From Mobula hypostoma (Eukaryota), in NCBI RefSeq assembly GCF_963921235.1, contig NC_086118.1:14386001-14450000 (forward strand): a DNA stretch of 64,000 bases. The letters run 5' to 3'. Made by a program: the position numbers and the translations under genes. How positions within the stretch are numbered: the stretch's first letter is position 1; every line of letters starts with the position of its first letter. Positions 49,620-62,254 of the stretch are shown here, one piece after another. The notes under the pieces are model-generated. The model worked only from the letters and a program-made list of their open reading frames with translations, had not been told where the DNA came from and made no database searches.

Positions 49620-52395
49620 ATAGACAATAGACAATAGGTGCAGGAGTAGGCCATTCGGCCCTTCGAGCCAGCACCACCATTCACTGTGATCATGGCTGAT
49701 CATCCACTATCAGTATCCAGTTCCTGCCTTATCCCCATAACCTTTGATTCCACTATCTTTAAGAGCGCTATCCATCTCTTTTTTGAAAGCATCCAGAGAC
49801 TTGGCCTCCACAGCCTTCTGGGGCAGAGTATTCCACATATCCACCACTCTCTGAGTGAAAAAGTTTTTCCTCAACTCCGTTCTAAATGGCCTACCCCTAA
49901 TTCTTAAACTGTGACCTCTGGTTCTGGACTCACCTATCATCAGGAACATGCTTCCTGCCTGCAACGTGTCCAATCCCTTAATAATCTTAAATGTTTCAAT
50001 AAGATCCCGTCTCAGCCTTCTAAATTCCAGAGTATACAAGCCCAGTCACTCCAATCTTTCGACATATGACTGTCCCGCCATTCCGGGAATTAACCTTGTG
50101 AACCTATGCTGCACTCCCTCAATAGCAAGAATGTCCTTCCTCTAATTTGGAGACCAAAACTGCACACAGTACTCCAGGTGTGGTCTCACCAGGGCCCTGT
50201 ACAGCTGCAGAAAGACCTCTTTGCTCTTATACTCAATTCCCCTTGTTATGAAGGCCAGCATGCCATTAGCTTTTTTCACTACCTGCTGTACTTGCATGCA
50301 TGCTTTCAGTGACTGATGTACAAGAACACCTAGATCTCATTGTACTTCCCCTTTTCCTAACTTGACTCCATTTAGATAATAATCTGCCTTCCTGTTCCTA
50401 CCACCAAAGTGGATAACCTCACATTTATCCACATTAAACTGCATCTGCCCACTCACCCAGCCTGTCCAAGTCACCCTGCATTCTCATAACATCCTCCTCA
50501 CATTTCACACTGCCTCCCAGCTTTGTGTCATCGGCAAATTTGCCAATGTTACTTTTAGTTTCCTCATCTAAATCATTAATATATATTGTAAACAGCTGCG
50601 GTCCCAGCACTGAACCCTGCGGTACCCCACTGGTCACTGCCTGCCATTCCGAAAGGGACCTGTTAATCGCTACTCTTTGTTCTCTGTCAGCCAGCCAATT
50701 TTCAATCCATGTCAGTACTCTGCCCCCAATACCATGTACCCTAATTTTGCCCACTAATCTCCTATGTGGGACTTTATCAAAGGCTTTCTGAAAGTCCAGG
50801 TACACTACATCCACTGGCTCTCCCTTGTCCATTTTCATAGTTACATCCTCAAAAAATTCCAGAAGATTAATCAAGCACGATTTCCCCTTCATGAATCCAT
50901 GCTGACTTGGACCAATCCTGTTACTACTATCCAGATGTGTTGTAATTTCATCTTTTATAATTGACTCCAGCATCTTTCCCACCACCAACGTCAGGCTAAC
51001 CGGTCTATAATTCCTTGTTTTCTCTCTTCCTCCCTTCTTGAAGAGCGGGACACCCTCCAATCCACAGGAACTGATCCTGAATTATTACCAATGCGTCCAC
51101 GATTTCTAAAGCCACCTCCTTAAGTACCTGGGATGTAGACCATCAGGTCCCGGGGACTTATCAGCCTTCAGACCCACCAGCTTATCCAACACCACTTCTT
51201 GCCTAATATAAATTTCCTTCAATTCATCCATTACCCTAGGTCTTTTGGCCACTATTATATCTGGGAGATTGTTTGTGTCTTCCCTAGTGAAGACAGATCC
51301 AAAGTACCTGTTCAACTCCTCTGCCATTTCCTTGTTCCCCATAATAAATTCACCTGCTTCTGTCTTCAAGGGCCCAATTTTGTTCTTAACTATTTTTTTT
51401 TTCCTTTTCACATACCTAAAGAAGTTTTTACTATCCTCCTTTATATTCTTGACTAGTTTACCTTCGTACCTCATTTTTTCTCCATGTATTGTCTCTTTAG
51501 TTACCTTCTGTTGCTCTTTAAAAGTTTCCCAATCCTCCGGCTTCCCACTTGTCTTTGCTATGTTATACTTCTCTTTTATTTTTATACTGTCCATTACTTC
51601 CCTTGTCAGCCATGGCCTCCCCTTACTCCCCTTAGGATCTTTCTTCCTCTTTGGAATGAACTGATCCTGCACCTTCTGCATTATTCCCAGAAACACTTGC
51701 CATTGCTGTTCCACTGTCATCCCTGCTAGGGTATTGTTCCATTGAACTTTGGCCAGCTCCTCCCTCATAGCACCATAGTTCCCTTTGTTCAACTGTAATA
51801 CTGACACTTCCAAGTTTCCCTTCTCCCTCTCAAATTGTAGATTAAAACTTATCATATTATGGTCACTACCTCCTAATGGCTCCTTTACCTCGAGGTCCCT
51901 GATCAAATCTGGTTCATTGCACAACACTAAATCTAGAATTGCGTTCTCTCTGGTAGGCTCCAGTACAAGCTGTTCTAAGAATCCATCTCGGAGGGACTCC
52001 ACAAACTCCCTCTCTTGGGGTCCAGCACCAACCTAATTCCTCCAGTCTACCTGCATGTTGAAGTCCCCATAACAACTGTAGCATTACCTTTACAACATGC
52101 CAATTTTAACTCTTAATTCAACTTACACCCTACATCCAGACTACTGTTTAGGGGCCTGTAGATAACTCCCATTAGGGTCTTTCTACCCTTAGAATTTCTC
52201 AGTTCTATCCATACTGACTCTATGTTTCCTGATTCTATGTTCCCCCTCGCAAGGGACTGAATATCATTCCTCACCAACAGAGTCACCCCACCCCCTCTGC
52301 CCATCAGTCTGTGCTTTTGATAGGACATATGCCATTGAATATTCATTTCCCAGGCCCTGTCCACTTGAAGCCATGTCTCTGTTATTCCCACAACA
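49620..52395 (-). mobile_element. Relatively young CR1 LINE, most of ORF2 (endonuclease plus RT), 5'-truncated
   Basis: ORFs 52113-52391 (GITETWL), 51106-52002 (GGSDHN), 50434-51060 (YLDFQKAFDKV, GVPQGSVLGP, FADDTK) and 49710-50039. (ATTGTCT)n tail. Confidence 0.95.
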
Positions 52396-54034
52396 GAAGT
52401 TCAAGATGAATTGTCACTCAACCACACGTAATACTCATGAATACAGCTAAACAAAAGAAGGACCAATTCCAGGACCAATAGTGTTATACAAAGAGTCATA
52501 CACAGCACAGGGAACATATAGCACATATAAGGCTGCAGTAAAGTACAGTCACAGAAAAAAAAGTATAGACCAAGTCCCTGAGTCCATGAATGTTGCAGCA
52601 GTCTGCAGTTGAGCACCAATTCTGGGCAGCCTCAAGCAGTCGACACTGTGGCTTGAGGCCTAGTCCTTGCCACAACTGAGGCTGTGTAGCTCACCCACCG
52701 TCTGCCCCGTCATTCGCAAACAAATCAGTGTATCGGACTTGCAACGTTCCACATTAATCATTTCCAATAAGGCCTTGCAATCATAAGAAGAGTGAGCCAA
52801 GATTTTCACTCACTGTTAGACTGCACTCCTCCTTCACACACTGACACCCCTCTAAAGCAGGCAGCAGCACAATCTGCACCAAGTCCAGTTCCTTCAGTCT
52901 CTCCGCCAAGGAGCAACAGGCTGCTGGGGTAGACCTGCAGTACTTTAAGCTCTTAATGGCCAGCAAAGTTTAAAGTTCAAGTTCAAAGTAAATTGATGAT
53001 CAAATTACATATAAGTTATGATACACAACCCTGAGATTCATTTTCTTGTAGCATTTTAGTAAACACTGTGACGAGAATACACATAAAATTAAGATGTTTG
53101 CTGGCCTGGGTTAGCATCAGTAACATCAGCAAGTGGTCTGCCACCTGCCCTCAGGGGAAGGAGAGATAAGGAACAATGGAGCAGCATCTGGAGATGTGTA
53201 ATGAAGGGACGTGGGAGAGAGAGCTGTCTGGAGCGGCTCCCCCTTTGAACCCTGAACTGTTTGAAGTGATGGACAGGCGATACCCCAGCAGGGGGATAAA
53301 AAGGGACCGGTTTGCTAAGGCAGGACACACACGCCACCCGAGGTAACGAGACCCTGGAAGCGGTACGCTTCTCACGAGTCGGTGAGAGGTACCAGACAAC
53401 GGCCAGGGTGGAAAGGTACGATCAGCGGGAACCCGGTGTGTGTCCGCCCTTGCCTGGGTGCTGGGTTCACTGCAGAGGATCGACCGCATCTGAAGGAGGG
53501 GTCACAGTCGGTGACCTCAGGTGACATCACCAAGGACCCGCCCAAAAGTTGCTTGTGAGCCATCTCGCCGGTCTGTGAGTGAAGCAGTGTTCTGAATGAT
53601 CAGTTGTTCCTGTTCCCTCTCTCTCTCTCTCTCCCCCCACGTTGTCCATCGCCATGGCAACGATTACTGCGAACTGAACTACTAAACTGGACTGAACTTT
53701 GAGTCACTTTGAAATTTGGTCATTTACCCCTAGACAACGATAGAGCTTGATTGATGCTGTTATCTTAATTCTGTGCACATGTGTGTTTAGCATCGCTGAA
53801 CTGTTGCATTTATTATCCTTTCGATTACTGTGTTGCTTGTTTCTTTAATAAAACTTTCTTAGTTCTAGTACTCCAGACTCCAACTGAGTGATCCATTTCT
53901 GCTGGTTTGGCAACCCAGTTACGGGGTACGTAACATAAGTGGGGTTCTCGTCCGCGATTTTGAACGCTAAATTTGGGACGGAGTAAATTGATTGGGTTAA
54001 AATTCCCGAAAGAAAGAAAAGACAAACAGCAGAA

Positions 54035-56071
54035 ATGGAGGCTGAGGAATTTATAAAGGCGCCGACCTTGGAGGCATTAGAGGATGCCAGGAAATCGGAA
54101 TTGATAGCTGTGGCCAAACGGTTGAATCTTGCTAAGGTGAAGTCGACAATGAGGAGAGAGGAGATACACAGAGCTATTGTAGAGCACTATGTATCTAAAG
54201 GTGTGTTTCCCCAAGGTGAGCTGGGGGTGGTGTCTATTGAAAAACCTGCTGGAGACGCAGTACAGGTATAGCTTGAAAAACTGAGACTCGAGCACGAGTT
54301 CCGGGTACGGCAGTTAGAACACGAAGAGAAGCAGTTAGAAAGGCAGGAGAGAGAGTTAGAAAGGCGGGAGCTAGAGAAAGAGGTAGAAAGGCAAGAGAGA
54401 GAAAGACAGTTAGAGAGAGAGGAGAAAGAGAGGGACAGACAGTTAGAGAGAGAGGAGAAAGAGAGGCAATGGGAGCGAGAAGAGAGAGGGAAACAGAGGG
54501 AAAGGGAATTTGAGCTGGAGAAGTTAAAGATAAGGGCCGAGCAGGGGCTTGTGCCGAACCAAGGTAGAGGGTTCCGGGCGACCCAGGAGGTTAAGCTGGT
54601 TCCCCCATTTGACGATACCGACGTGGATCGGTACTTCCTCCACTTCGAAAAAGTGGCTATAAGTCAGGACTGGCTGAGGGATAAGTGGGTTGTTTTACTT
54701 CAGAGTGTACTGAAAGGGAAGGCCCAAGAAGCTTACTCAGCTTTGTCTGCGGAAGATGCCCAGAGGTATGAGGTGGTGAAAAAGGCCATCCTCAGGATTT
54801 ATGAGTTGGTCCCGGAGGCATACCGGCAGAGGTTCCGGAATGCGAGGAAGCAGTGGGACCGCACGTATTTGGAGTTTGCCCGTGAGATGCAAACATATTG
54901 TGAGCGTTGGTGCGCCTCGAAGGGGGTAGAGGGGGATTATGACAGACTGCTACAACTGATCCTGATTGAGCAGTTTAAAGGTTGTGTCCCCGAGGGTATG
55001 AGACCCTACCTAGATGAGAAAGAGGCAGCCACGTTAGCCGCAACTGCTAAGTTAGCAGATGAGTATGCATTGACGCATAAAATGAAGTTTGCCCCGAGTA
55101 AAGGCTACCAGAAGGGTAGTCAGGACGGTGGGGAAAGTCCGCCGGAAAAGTCAGAAAGTAAGCCGGGGACTAGTGAAAATGATAAGGTAGACCGGGAGCA
55201 GTCTGGTAGGAAGTCTCCTGGGGTCGTCTGTTATAATTGTGGGAAAGCCGGACACTTTGCGTCCAGGTGCTTTGCCCCAAGGAAGGAGACGGGGAAAGGA
55301 AAAGCGGAAATTTTGAATGGCTGTATCGAGCTGTTAAGCGAACCGCTAGGGAAGGACAGGTCTGAAAAAGTTCAGGAAGGGCGCGAGAGGTTTATCTTGG
55401 CCGGACTGGTGTCAGTGAAGGAGGGGTTAAAACCAGTTCCAGTGCGGATCTGGAGAGACACGGGAGCGTGTCAGTCACTAATACTGAAGAGTGTATTAGA
55501 GTTTAGCTCAGAGACCCAGACTGGGGAGGTAGAGGTCAAAGGTGTTGGGGAAGGGACAGAGTCAGTCCCTTTGCACCAGATACACTTACAGAGCAACCTG
55601 GTCTCTGAACTAGTCACAATCGGGGTGAGGTCCGAATTACCGATGAAAGACGTGGAAGTCTTGCTCGGTAATGACATCGCCGGAGGAATCGTGTTCCCAG
55701 TCGTGAGATTGACAGGTCAGCCTGCCAGCATTGAGGCCCCGCCCATGGACTCACAGGTTCATCACGGGCCCGCAATAGTGAATTTAGCTGAAACATTTCT
55801 GCCAACCTTGTATGAGACAGGGTGTAGTGAGATAAGAGGTAGTGAGGGGCTGATGGTTTTTGCAGAGACAGCTCTCTCTGACACAGCCTTGACAAGGGAA
55901 CTAGTAGGCTATTGTGCGGAGGAGGAAGTGCTAAAAGGGAAATCAAGTACAGTATCCGCAGATGAGGAGTGGGGGGTGGTGCAAAAGAGTTATGGGGATG
56001 AGGTTTTTAACATGGCCCACGAGGTACCCCCCCGGTGGACATTTTGCGGTGCTGGAGGAAACAGTTGGTAG
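54035..56071 (+). pseudogene. Gag (E/R-rich coiled coil, SCAN-related capsid, CCHC knuckle) plus protease, with one in-frame stop
   Basis: ORFs 54035-54271 and 54551-56071 are in the same frame, separated by TAG at 54269-54271. Motifs LVPPF..YFLHFEKVA..W, LILIEQF, CYNCGKAGHFASRC and RDTGA. Confidence 0.88.
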
Positions 56072-56918
56072 AATCATGAAAGAGATTTACTGGCTGCCCA
56101 GGGGGAAAAATGTTATTGATCATGACCGACGCGAACTGAGACGGTCACCGGCTTTTGATATGCTAACAAACCTAGTCGGTGTTAGCGTGGAAATCAATGA
56201 AGCTAGGGGCCCCCTGATAAGAGGAAAAAACCATTTTGAAAAGATTAGGATGGGATCGGTCAGATGGGAGAAGGCTATTGTTTTGGCCAGGTCTACTGAT
56301 AAGGTCTCTCCCTTAATCCCCGAACAAAGCGAATCTTTAGAAGAAGTAATTAAACGACTCGCACCCATGTGTTTGATTGTCCCGAGGAAATGCAAAAAAC
56401 TGGGACGTTGGGTGATGTCTGTTACAATAGGGCAGCCTAGTAAAGAACACGCATATATAATGAGTAATTCAGTGACTAAAGGGCTGATGAACACAGAGGT
56501 GTGTATTGGCAATTTAATACGGCTGTCTGAAGCCAGCTTGATAGTGAACCTTGAAAAAAATGAATTCGGCCACACGAGGGTCACTTACCTGGGAATTGTG
56601 GTGACACAGGGGCAGCTGGCAGTGATGCAAGCTACAGTGCAGGCTATCGCTGACCTCCCAACCCCGACAGACAAGAGGGCCCTCAGAAGGCTCTTGGAGA
56701 TGGTGGGGTACTACAGGAGGTTTTGCAATAACTCTGCGGTCCATACCCGTCCCCCTCCTACTAAGCCCTTGCAAGAGAAAACTGAGTCGGAATGGGACGA
56801 CCCTTGTTATTGTGGTCCGGGACAAAACCAAATGAGAGGTTACATTGGTCGCAATTCATCACTGTTTTTGGCCACTATGAAGTTTGCTGAGTTGGAGCCT
56901 GGTCTAAGGGATTATTAA
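55962..56918 (+). pseudogene. Vestigial pol: integrase N-terminal relic followed by an RT C-terminal relic
   Basis: AH..GGHF..T..RI..YW precedes L.VNLEK.EFG..VTYLG..P.PTDKRALRRLLEMVGYYRRFC. No YxDD, RNase H or DDE core. Confidence 0.75.
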
Positions 56919-58689
56919 TAACACGTGTAAAAGGAACAGAAAATGTGATGACTGTCTGTCAAGGTGTTGACAGCTTCAAACTCGCTGTGTTAGCCAAATA
57001 GCTGTTAAAGATGTATATTTGTGTATGTATCAAATAATGGATTCATGTTTGTAATTTTTACCTCCCGGTAAAAATCCTTAAAGGGGGGAAGTGTGACGAG
57101 AATACACATAAAATTAAGATGTTTGCTGGCCTGGGTTAGCATCAGTAACATCAGCAAGTGGTCTGCCACCTGCCCTCAGGGGAAGGAGAGATAAGGAACA
57201 ATGGAGCAGCATCTGGAGATGTGTAATGAAGGGACGTGGGAGAGAGAGCTGTCTGGAGCGGCTCCCCCTTTGAACCCTGAACTGTTTGAAGTGATGGACA
57301 GGCGATACCCCAGCAGGGGGATAAAAAGGGACCGGTTTGCTAAGGCAGGACACACACGCCACCCGAGGTAACGAGACCCTGGAAGCGGTACGCTTCTCAC
57401 GAGTCGGTGAGAGGTATCAGACAATGGCCAGAGTGGAAAGGTACGATCAGCGGGAACCCGGTGTGTGTCTGCCCTTGCCTGGGTGCCGGGTTCACTGCAG
57501 AGGATCGACCGCATCTGGAGGAGGGGTCACAGTCGGTGACCTCAGGTGACATCGCCAAGGACCCGCCCAAAAGTTGCTTGTCAGCCATCTCGCCGGTCTG
57601 TGAGTGAAGCCATTCTGAATGATCAGCTGTTCCTGTTCCCTCTCTCTCTCTCTCTCCCCCCACGTTGTCCATCGCCATGGCAACGATTACTGCGAACTGA
57701 ACTACTAAACTGGACTGAACTTTGAGTCACTTTGAAATTTGGTCATTTACCCCTAGACAACGATAGAGCTTGATTGATGCTGTTATCTTAATTCTGTGCA
57801 CATGTGTGTTTAGCATCACTGAACTGTTGCATTTATTATCCTTTCGATTACTGTGTTGCTTGTTTCTTTAATAAAACTTTCTTAGTTCTAGTACTCCAGA
57901 CTCCAACTGAGTGATCCATTTCTGCTGGTTTGGCAACCCAGTTACGGGGTACGTAACAACACAAAAACCACAATAGAATCAATGAAAGACTGCATCCAAC
58001 AAGCTGGACAAACAACCAATGCACAAATGAAAATAAACTGCAAATACAAAAGAAAAAAGAAATTATAACAATAAATAAGTTCACAATAAATATCAAGAAC
58101 ATGAGATAAAGCGTCCTTGAATGCAAATCCATAGCTTGTGGGAACAGTTCAGTGATGGAGCAAGTGAAGTTATCTGAAGTGGTTCAAGAGTTGATGGTTG
58201 GGGGGTAATAACTGTTCCTGAACCTGTGAGTGCTGAGGCTCCTGTACATTCGTCCGGATAGCACCAGCAAGAAGAAAGTATGGCCTTGATGGTGGGTGTC
58301 TCTGAGGATAGAGGTTGCTTCCCTGTGACAGCACTCCATGTACAGTAGATGTGTTTAATAGTGGGGTGGGCTTTGTCTGTGATGGACTAGGCCATATATA
58401 CCACTTTTAGTAGGACTTTCCGTTCAAATGGCACTTGTGTTTCCATACCAGGCTATGATGCAACCAGTTACTATACGTTCCACCACACATCTATGGAAGT
58501 CTGTCAAACTTTTAGATGTCTTGTTGAATCTTTGCATACTTCTAAGGAAGCAGAGGTGCTGCTGTGCTTTCTTCATAATTGCACTTACGTGCTGAACCCA
58601 AGGTAGGCCCTCTGAAATGGTAGCACTGAGGAATTTAAAGTTGCTGACACTCTCCAAGGATTAAGCTTTAAGCAGGGTTTGCGATCATA

Positions 58690-59205
58690 AAAGATACATT
58701 GAGAAAAGTTAATAACACCTTCGGTTGGCCCAGTAGAAGCCGTTGTGTTTGGATGTGCTGCCATCTTACTGGAAGACTTTACACCGCACGCTGTCGGAGC
58801 AGTGCAGCCAGGATAATCAAGGACACGACCCACCCAAGCAACAGACTTTTTGTCCCTCTTCCCTCCCGGAGAAGGCTCAGGAGTTTGAAGACGCGTATGG
58901 CCAGATTTGGGAACTTCCAACTGTGACAAGACTGCTGAACGGATCCTGACCCGGATCTGGGCCGTACCCTCCAAATATCTGGACCTGCCTCTTGGTTTTT
59001 TTGCCCTACCTTACTTTGCACTTTTCTATTTTCTATTCATGATTTATAATTTAAATGTTTAATATTTACTAATTTTAACTATTTTTAATATTTAATATTT
59101 GTAATCCAGGGAGTTTGAAGCGCAGAACCAAATGTTGCTGTGATGCTTGTACGTTTTAGTACCAATTGTTTGGCGACAATAAAGTATAAGGTATAAAGTA
59201 TAAAG
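58690..59205 (+). mobile_element. Rex1/Babar-type LINE 3' end (different family)
   Basis: RCRSSAARIIKDTTHPSNRLFVPLPSRRRLRS and an (ATAAAGT)n tail. Confidence 0.75.
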
Positions 59206-59352
59206 AGCAGTGCTACAAAGTCCCACAACTCAGATCTCCCAGTTTAGCAAATTAACTGCATGAGAGAATGGTTTATAGAGATCAACCAAGATCCTCAATA
59301 TTAGATGGTTATTTTGTAATTGGGAATAAAACCGTAATCATTAAAGCATCAT

Positions 59353-60345
59353 AAACACAAGAAATTCTGCAGCTCCTGGAAATCCAGAGGGCTTCTTCCC
59401 CTTCCTTTTCCAGCACTGAAGAAGGCTCTCAGGCCAAAATGTGGACTGTTTATTTCTTTCCATGGATAATGCTGTCTGAATTGCTGATTACCTCCAGCAT
59501 TTTACTCTGGGTTTCCATTATCTGCAGATTTTCTTGTGAGTTTGAATTACTGTTCCACTGTGAAGTCTCTGGAGTATGCCTAACCTGAAGAAGTTTAAAT
59601 CTTATCTTCAACAGAAACTTAGTGAGAACCTCTCTCTGTTCCCCCTCTGTGATCTCTTCTACTCTCCGACTGTTTGATCATGTGCTCAGCCAGGCCTGCT
59701 ACCACAGCCACGTGTCCTTCTTCAGAACTTGTCTTCACTGCCATCTTGTTCCACATGGCTTTCAGCTCCATCACCAGGCCTGCCAGTGTAGGACTCATGA
59801 GGAGCCCACATATCACTCAGGATCATTGTTTCCACACCATCACCAACCTCATCAACTCTGGAGATCTCGCATCCACTGCCACCAAACTCACAGTTCCCTA
59901 CTTCACACTGCTCTTTTCTACCTCCTGCCCAAGATCCACAAACCTGATTGTCCAGGTAGGCCACCCACACAGGGCTGAAGGAACTCAGCAGGTCATGCTG
60001 CACCTATGGAAAAGAGTAACCAGTCGATGTTTTGAGCCAGGACACTTTACCAATACTGGAAAAAAGATGAGAGGTCAGAGCAAGAAGGTGGGGGAGGGGA
60101 GGAAGGTTGTTTCTGCACCACTGAACTTGTGTCCACATAGATCGACTCCATTTTATCCCCCTTGTTGTGCCCCTTACCACCTACATCTGTGACACTTCAT
60201 GCTCTTGATCTGCACAACAACTTTCAATTCCCTGGCCCTAATTGCCTCATTTTCCTCGTGGATATCCAGTCCCTATGCACTTCTCTCCCTTGTAAAGAAG
60301 TCCTCAAAGTTCTCTGTTTCTTCCTCAATAAAACATCTAGCCATT
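59353..60345 (+). mobile_element. Degenerate Penelope-like fragments (terminal repeat plus RT remnants)
   Basis: FYLLPKIHKPDCPGRP and FLVDIQSLCTSLP are Penelope RT motifs. Confidence 0.75.
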
Positions 60346-61024
60346 GATGACAATAACTAAGAGGAAGGGATAAAGGGGAAGAAAGGTGAGGTAATAACTG
60401 GCACAAATGGCATTTTTAACATCTCAAAATACTTTGACTCCATTCGTTGGGAGGGAACATGGAGTACCCTTGTAGAATTTGCCTCTTATCTTCAACCTGC
60501 TACATGACATCATAGAAGCTTAACCTTAACCAAGAGGTTCACAACAGACCCAATCTTAAGACTGTCAATGTGCCAATATTTATCTCAGCCTTTCTCACTA
60601 AATGCTCTCATTTTGCTTTCAATGAGGTCCCAACTGTAGTGGGGCTACAGGAGTAAGGAGAACTGTTCAACTGATGTTGCCTGTATTCTTGAACGAAAGT
60701 CACCTTGAATTCTGTCGCTCAGCTGCAGAACACAAGCAATGCATAATTATGCACATATTTGAAGGCCAAGAATCAGATGATTCTCAGTGTGTTCACTGAA
60801 GCAAATGAAACATTGGACCTTACGCCTAAACATCCACAAAACAGAAGGCCTCTCCCAATAAACCTCTGTTGTTCAATGCTACCCATTGACAACAAAGGGT
60901 CCACAAAGAAATGCTTGAAAATGTATACAACTTCCCCTACTTCAGGAGGCACCTTGAAATGAAGGCAAATATTAGAGATGAAATTCACTGTCTCTTTCTG
61001 AGGAAAGGCATGTTCGAAGATGAG

Positions 61025-62232
61025 TCATTATCAGGTTTAACAGCAGTGGCATATTTTGTGAATTTGCTGCAGTACATTACAATACATAAAAATGATAAAT
61101 TACCATAATAAATATATATATAAATTAAATCAAATAGGTAGTGCAAAAAGAGAGCAAACGTATGTAGTAAGGAAATGTACACAGGCTCTTTGTCCATTCA
61201 TAAATCTGCTGGCAGTGGGGAAGAAACTGTTCCTAAAATGTTGGGTGTGTCATCAGTCTCTGTATCTTCTCCTTGATGGTGATGGGGGTCCTTAATGATG
61301 GACGCTGCCTTTTTGAGGCATTGCCTTTTGAATTTATCCTTGATGTTGGGGCGGCTAATGCCCATGATGAGCCTGGCTGTGTATTCAGCTTTCTGCAGCT
61401 TTTTCCAATCCTATGCAGTGGTCCCTCCATACCAACTGGTAATACAACTAGTTGGAATACTCTCCACTGCACATGTGTAGAAATTTACAAGAGTCTTTGG
61501 TGACATATCAAGTCCCCTTAAACTCCTAATGAAATATAGCTACAGTCACGTATTCTTTGTAATTACATCAATATTTTGAGCCCACGATAAATCTTCAGAG
61601 ATATTGACAGTCAGCAACTTAAAACTACTCACCCTTTCCACTGCAGATCTCTCGATGAGGACTTGTGTGTTTTCCCTCAACCTCCCATTCCTGAGGTCCA
61701 CAATCAATTTATTGGTCTTAATGATGTTGAGGGAAAGGTGGTTGTTGTCACTTCACTCAACCAGCTGATCTCTCTCGCTCCTGTACTCCTGCTCATCACA
61801 ATATATTCTGCCAATAATAGTTGTGTCCTCAGCAAATTTATAGATGGCCTTTGAGTTGTGCCCAGCCACAGTTATGGGTGCAGAGAAAGTAGAGCAGTGG
61901 GCTAAGCACGCATCCTTGAGATGCGCCAGTGTTGATTGTCAACGAGGAGGAGATGTTATTTCCAATCTGCACTGCCTGTGGTCAGCTGAAGAGTTGCAAA
62001 GGGTTGTACAGAAGCCCAGGTTTTGGAGCTTGTTGATTATTACTAAGGGTATAATGGTGTTGAAAGCTGAAATGTAATCAATAAACAGCACCCTTGTGTA
62101 GGTATTACTGTTGTCCAGGTGATCCAAGGCTGTAGATCTATTGTGACGTTAGGCAAATTGCAGCTGGTCCAGGTCCTTATTCAGGCAAGAGTTGATTCTG
62201 GCCATGACCAACTTATCAATGCACTTCATCAC
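61025..62232 (-). mobile_element. Degenerate Rex1/Babar LINE 3' half
   Basis: ORF 61939-62127 ([31 protein letters not shown]). Confidence 0.8.
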
Positions 62233-62254
62233 TTTGATACAGTTGTGGGTGGGT

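Larger units (their letters stand above)
53067..57958 (+). mobile_element. Gmr1-like Ty3/Gypsy LTR retrotransposon, complete boundaries, non-autonomous
   Basis: LTRs 53067-53935 and 57092-57958 (TGTGA..TAACA, about a dozen differences by eye) and ACAC TSD. tRNA-Pro-like PBS TGGGGTTCTCGTCCGCGATTTTGAAC at about 53940. PPT AAAGGGGGGAAG at 57080-57091. Confidence 0.95.
52968..58657 (-). mobile_element. Rex1/Babar LINE 3' fragment split by the Gmr1-like element (52968-53066 plus 57959-58657)
   Basis: ORF 58424-58657 (ESVSNFKFL..KKAQQHLCFLR..GCIIAWYG). The 3' UTR is colinear with 24993-25300 across the insertion. Confidence 0.8.

Noticed and set aside
53089..53563. Duplicated ORFs (53089-53337 and 57114-57362, etc.) as paralogous genes
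   Set aside because: They are chance ORFs within the two LTRs.
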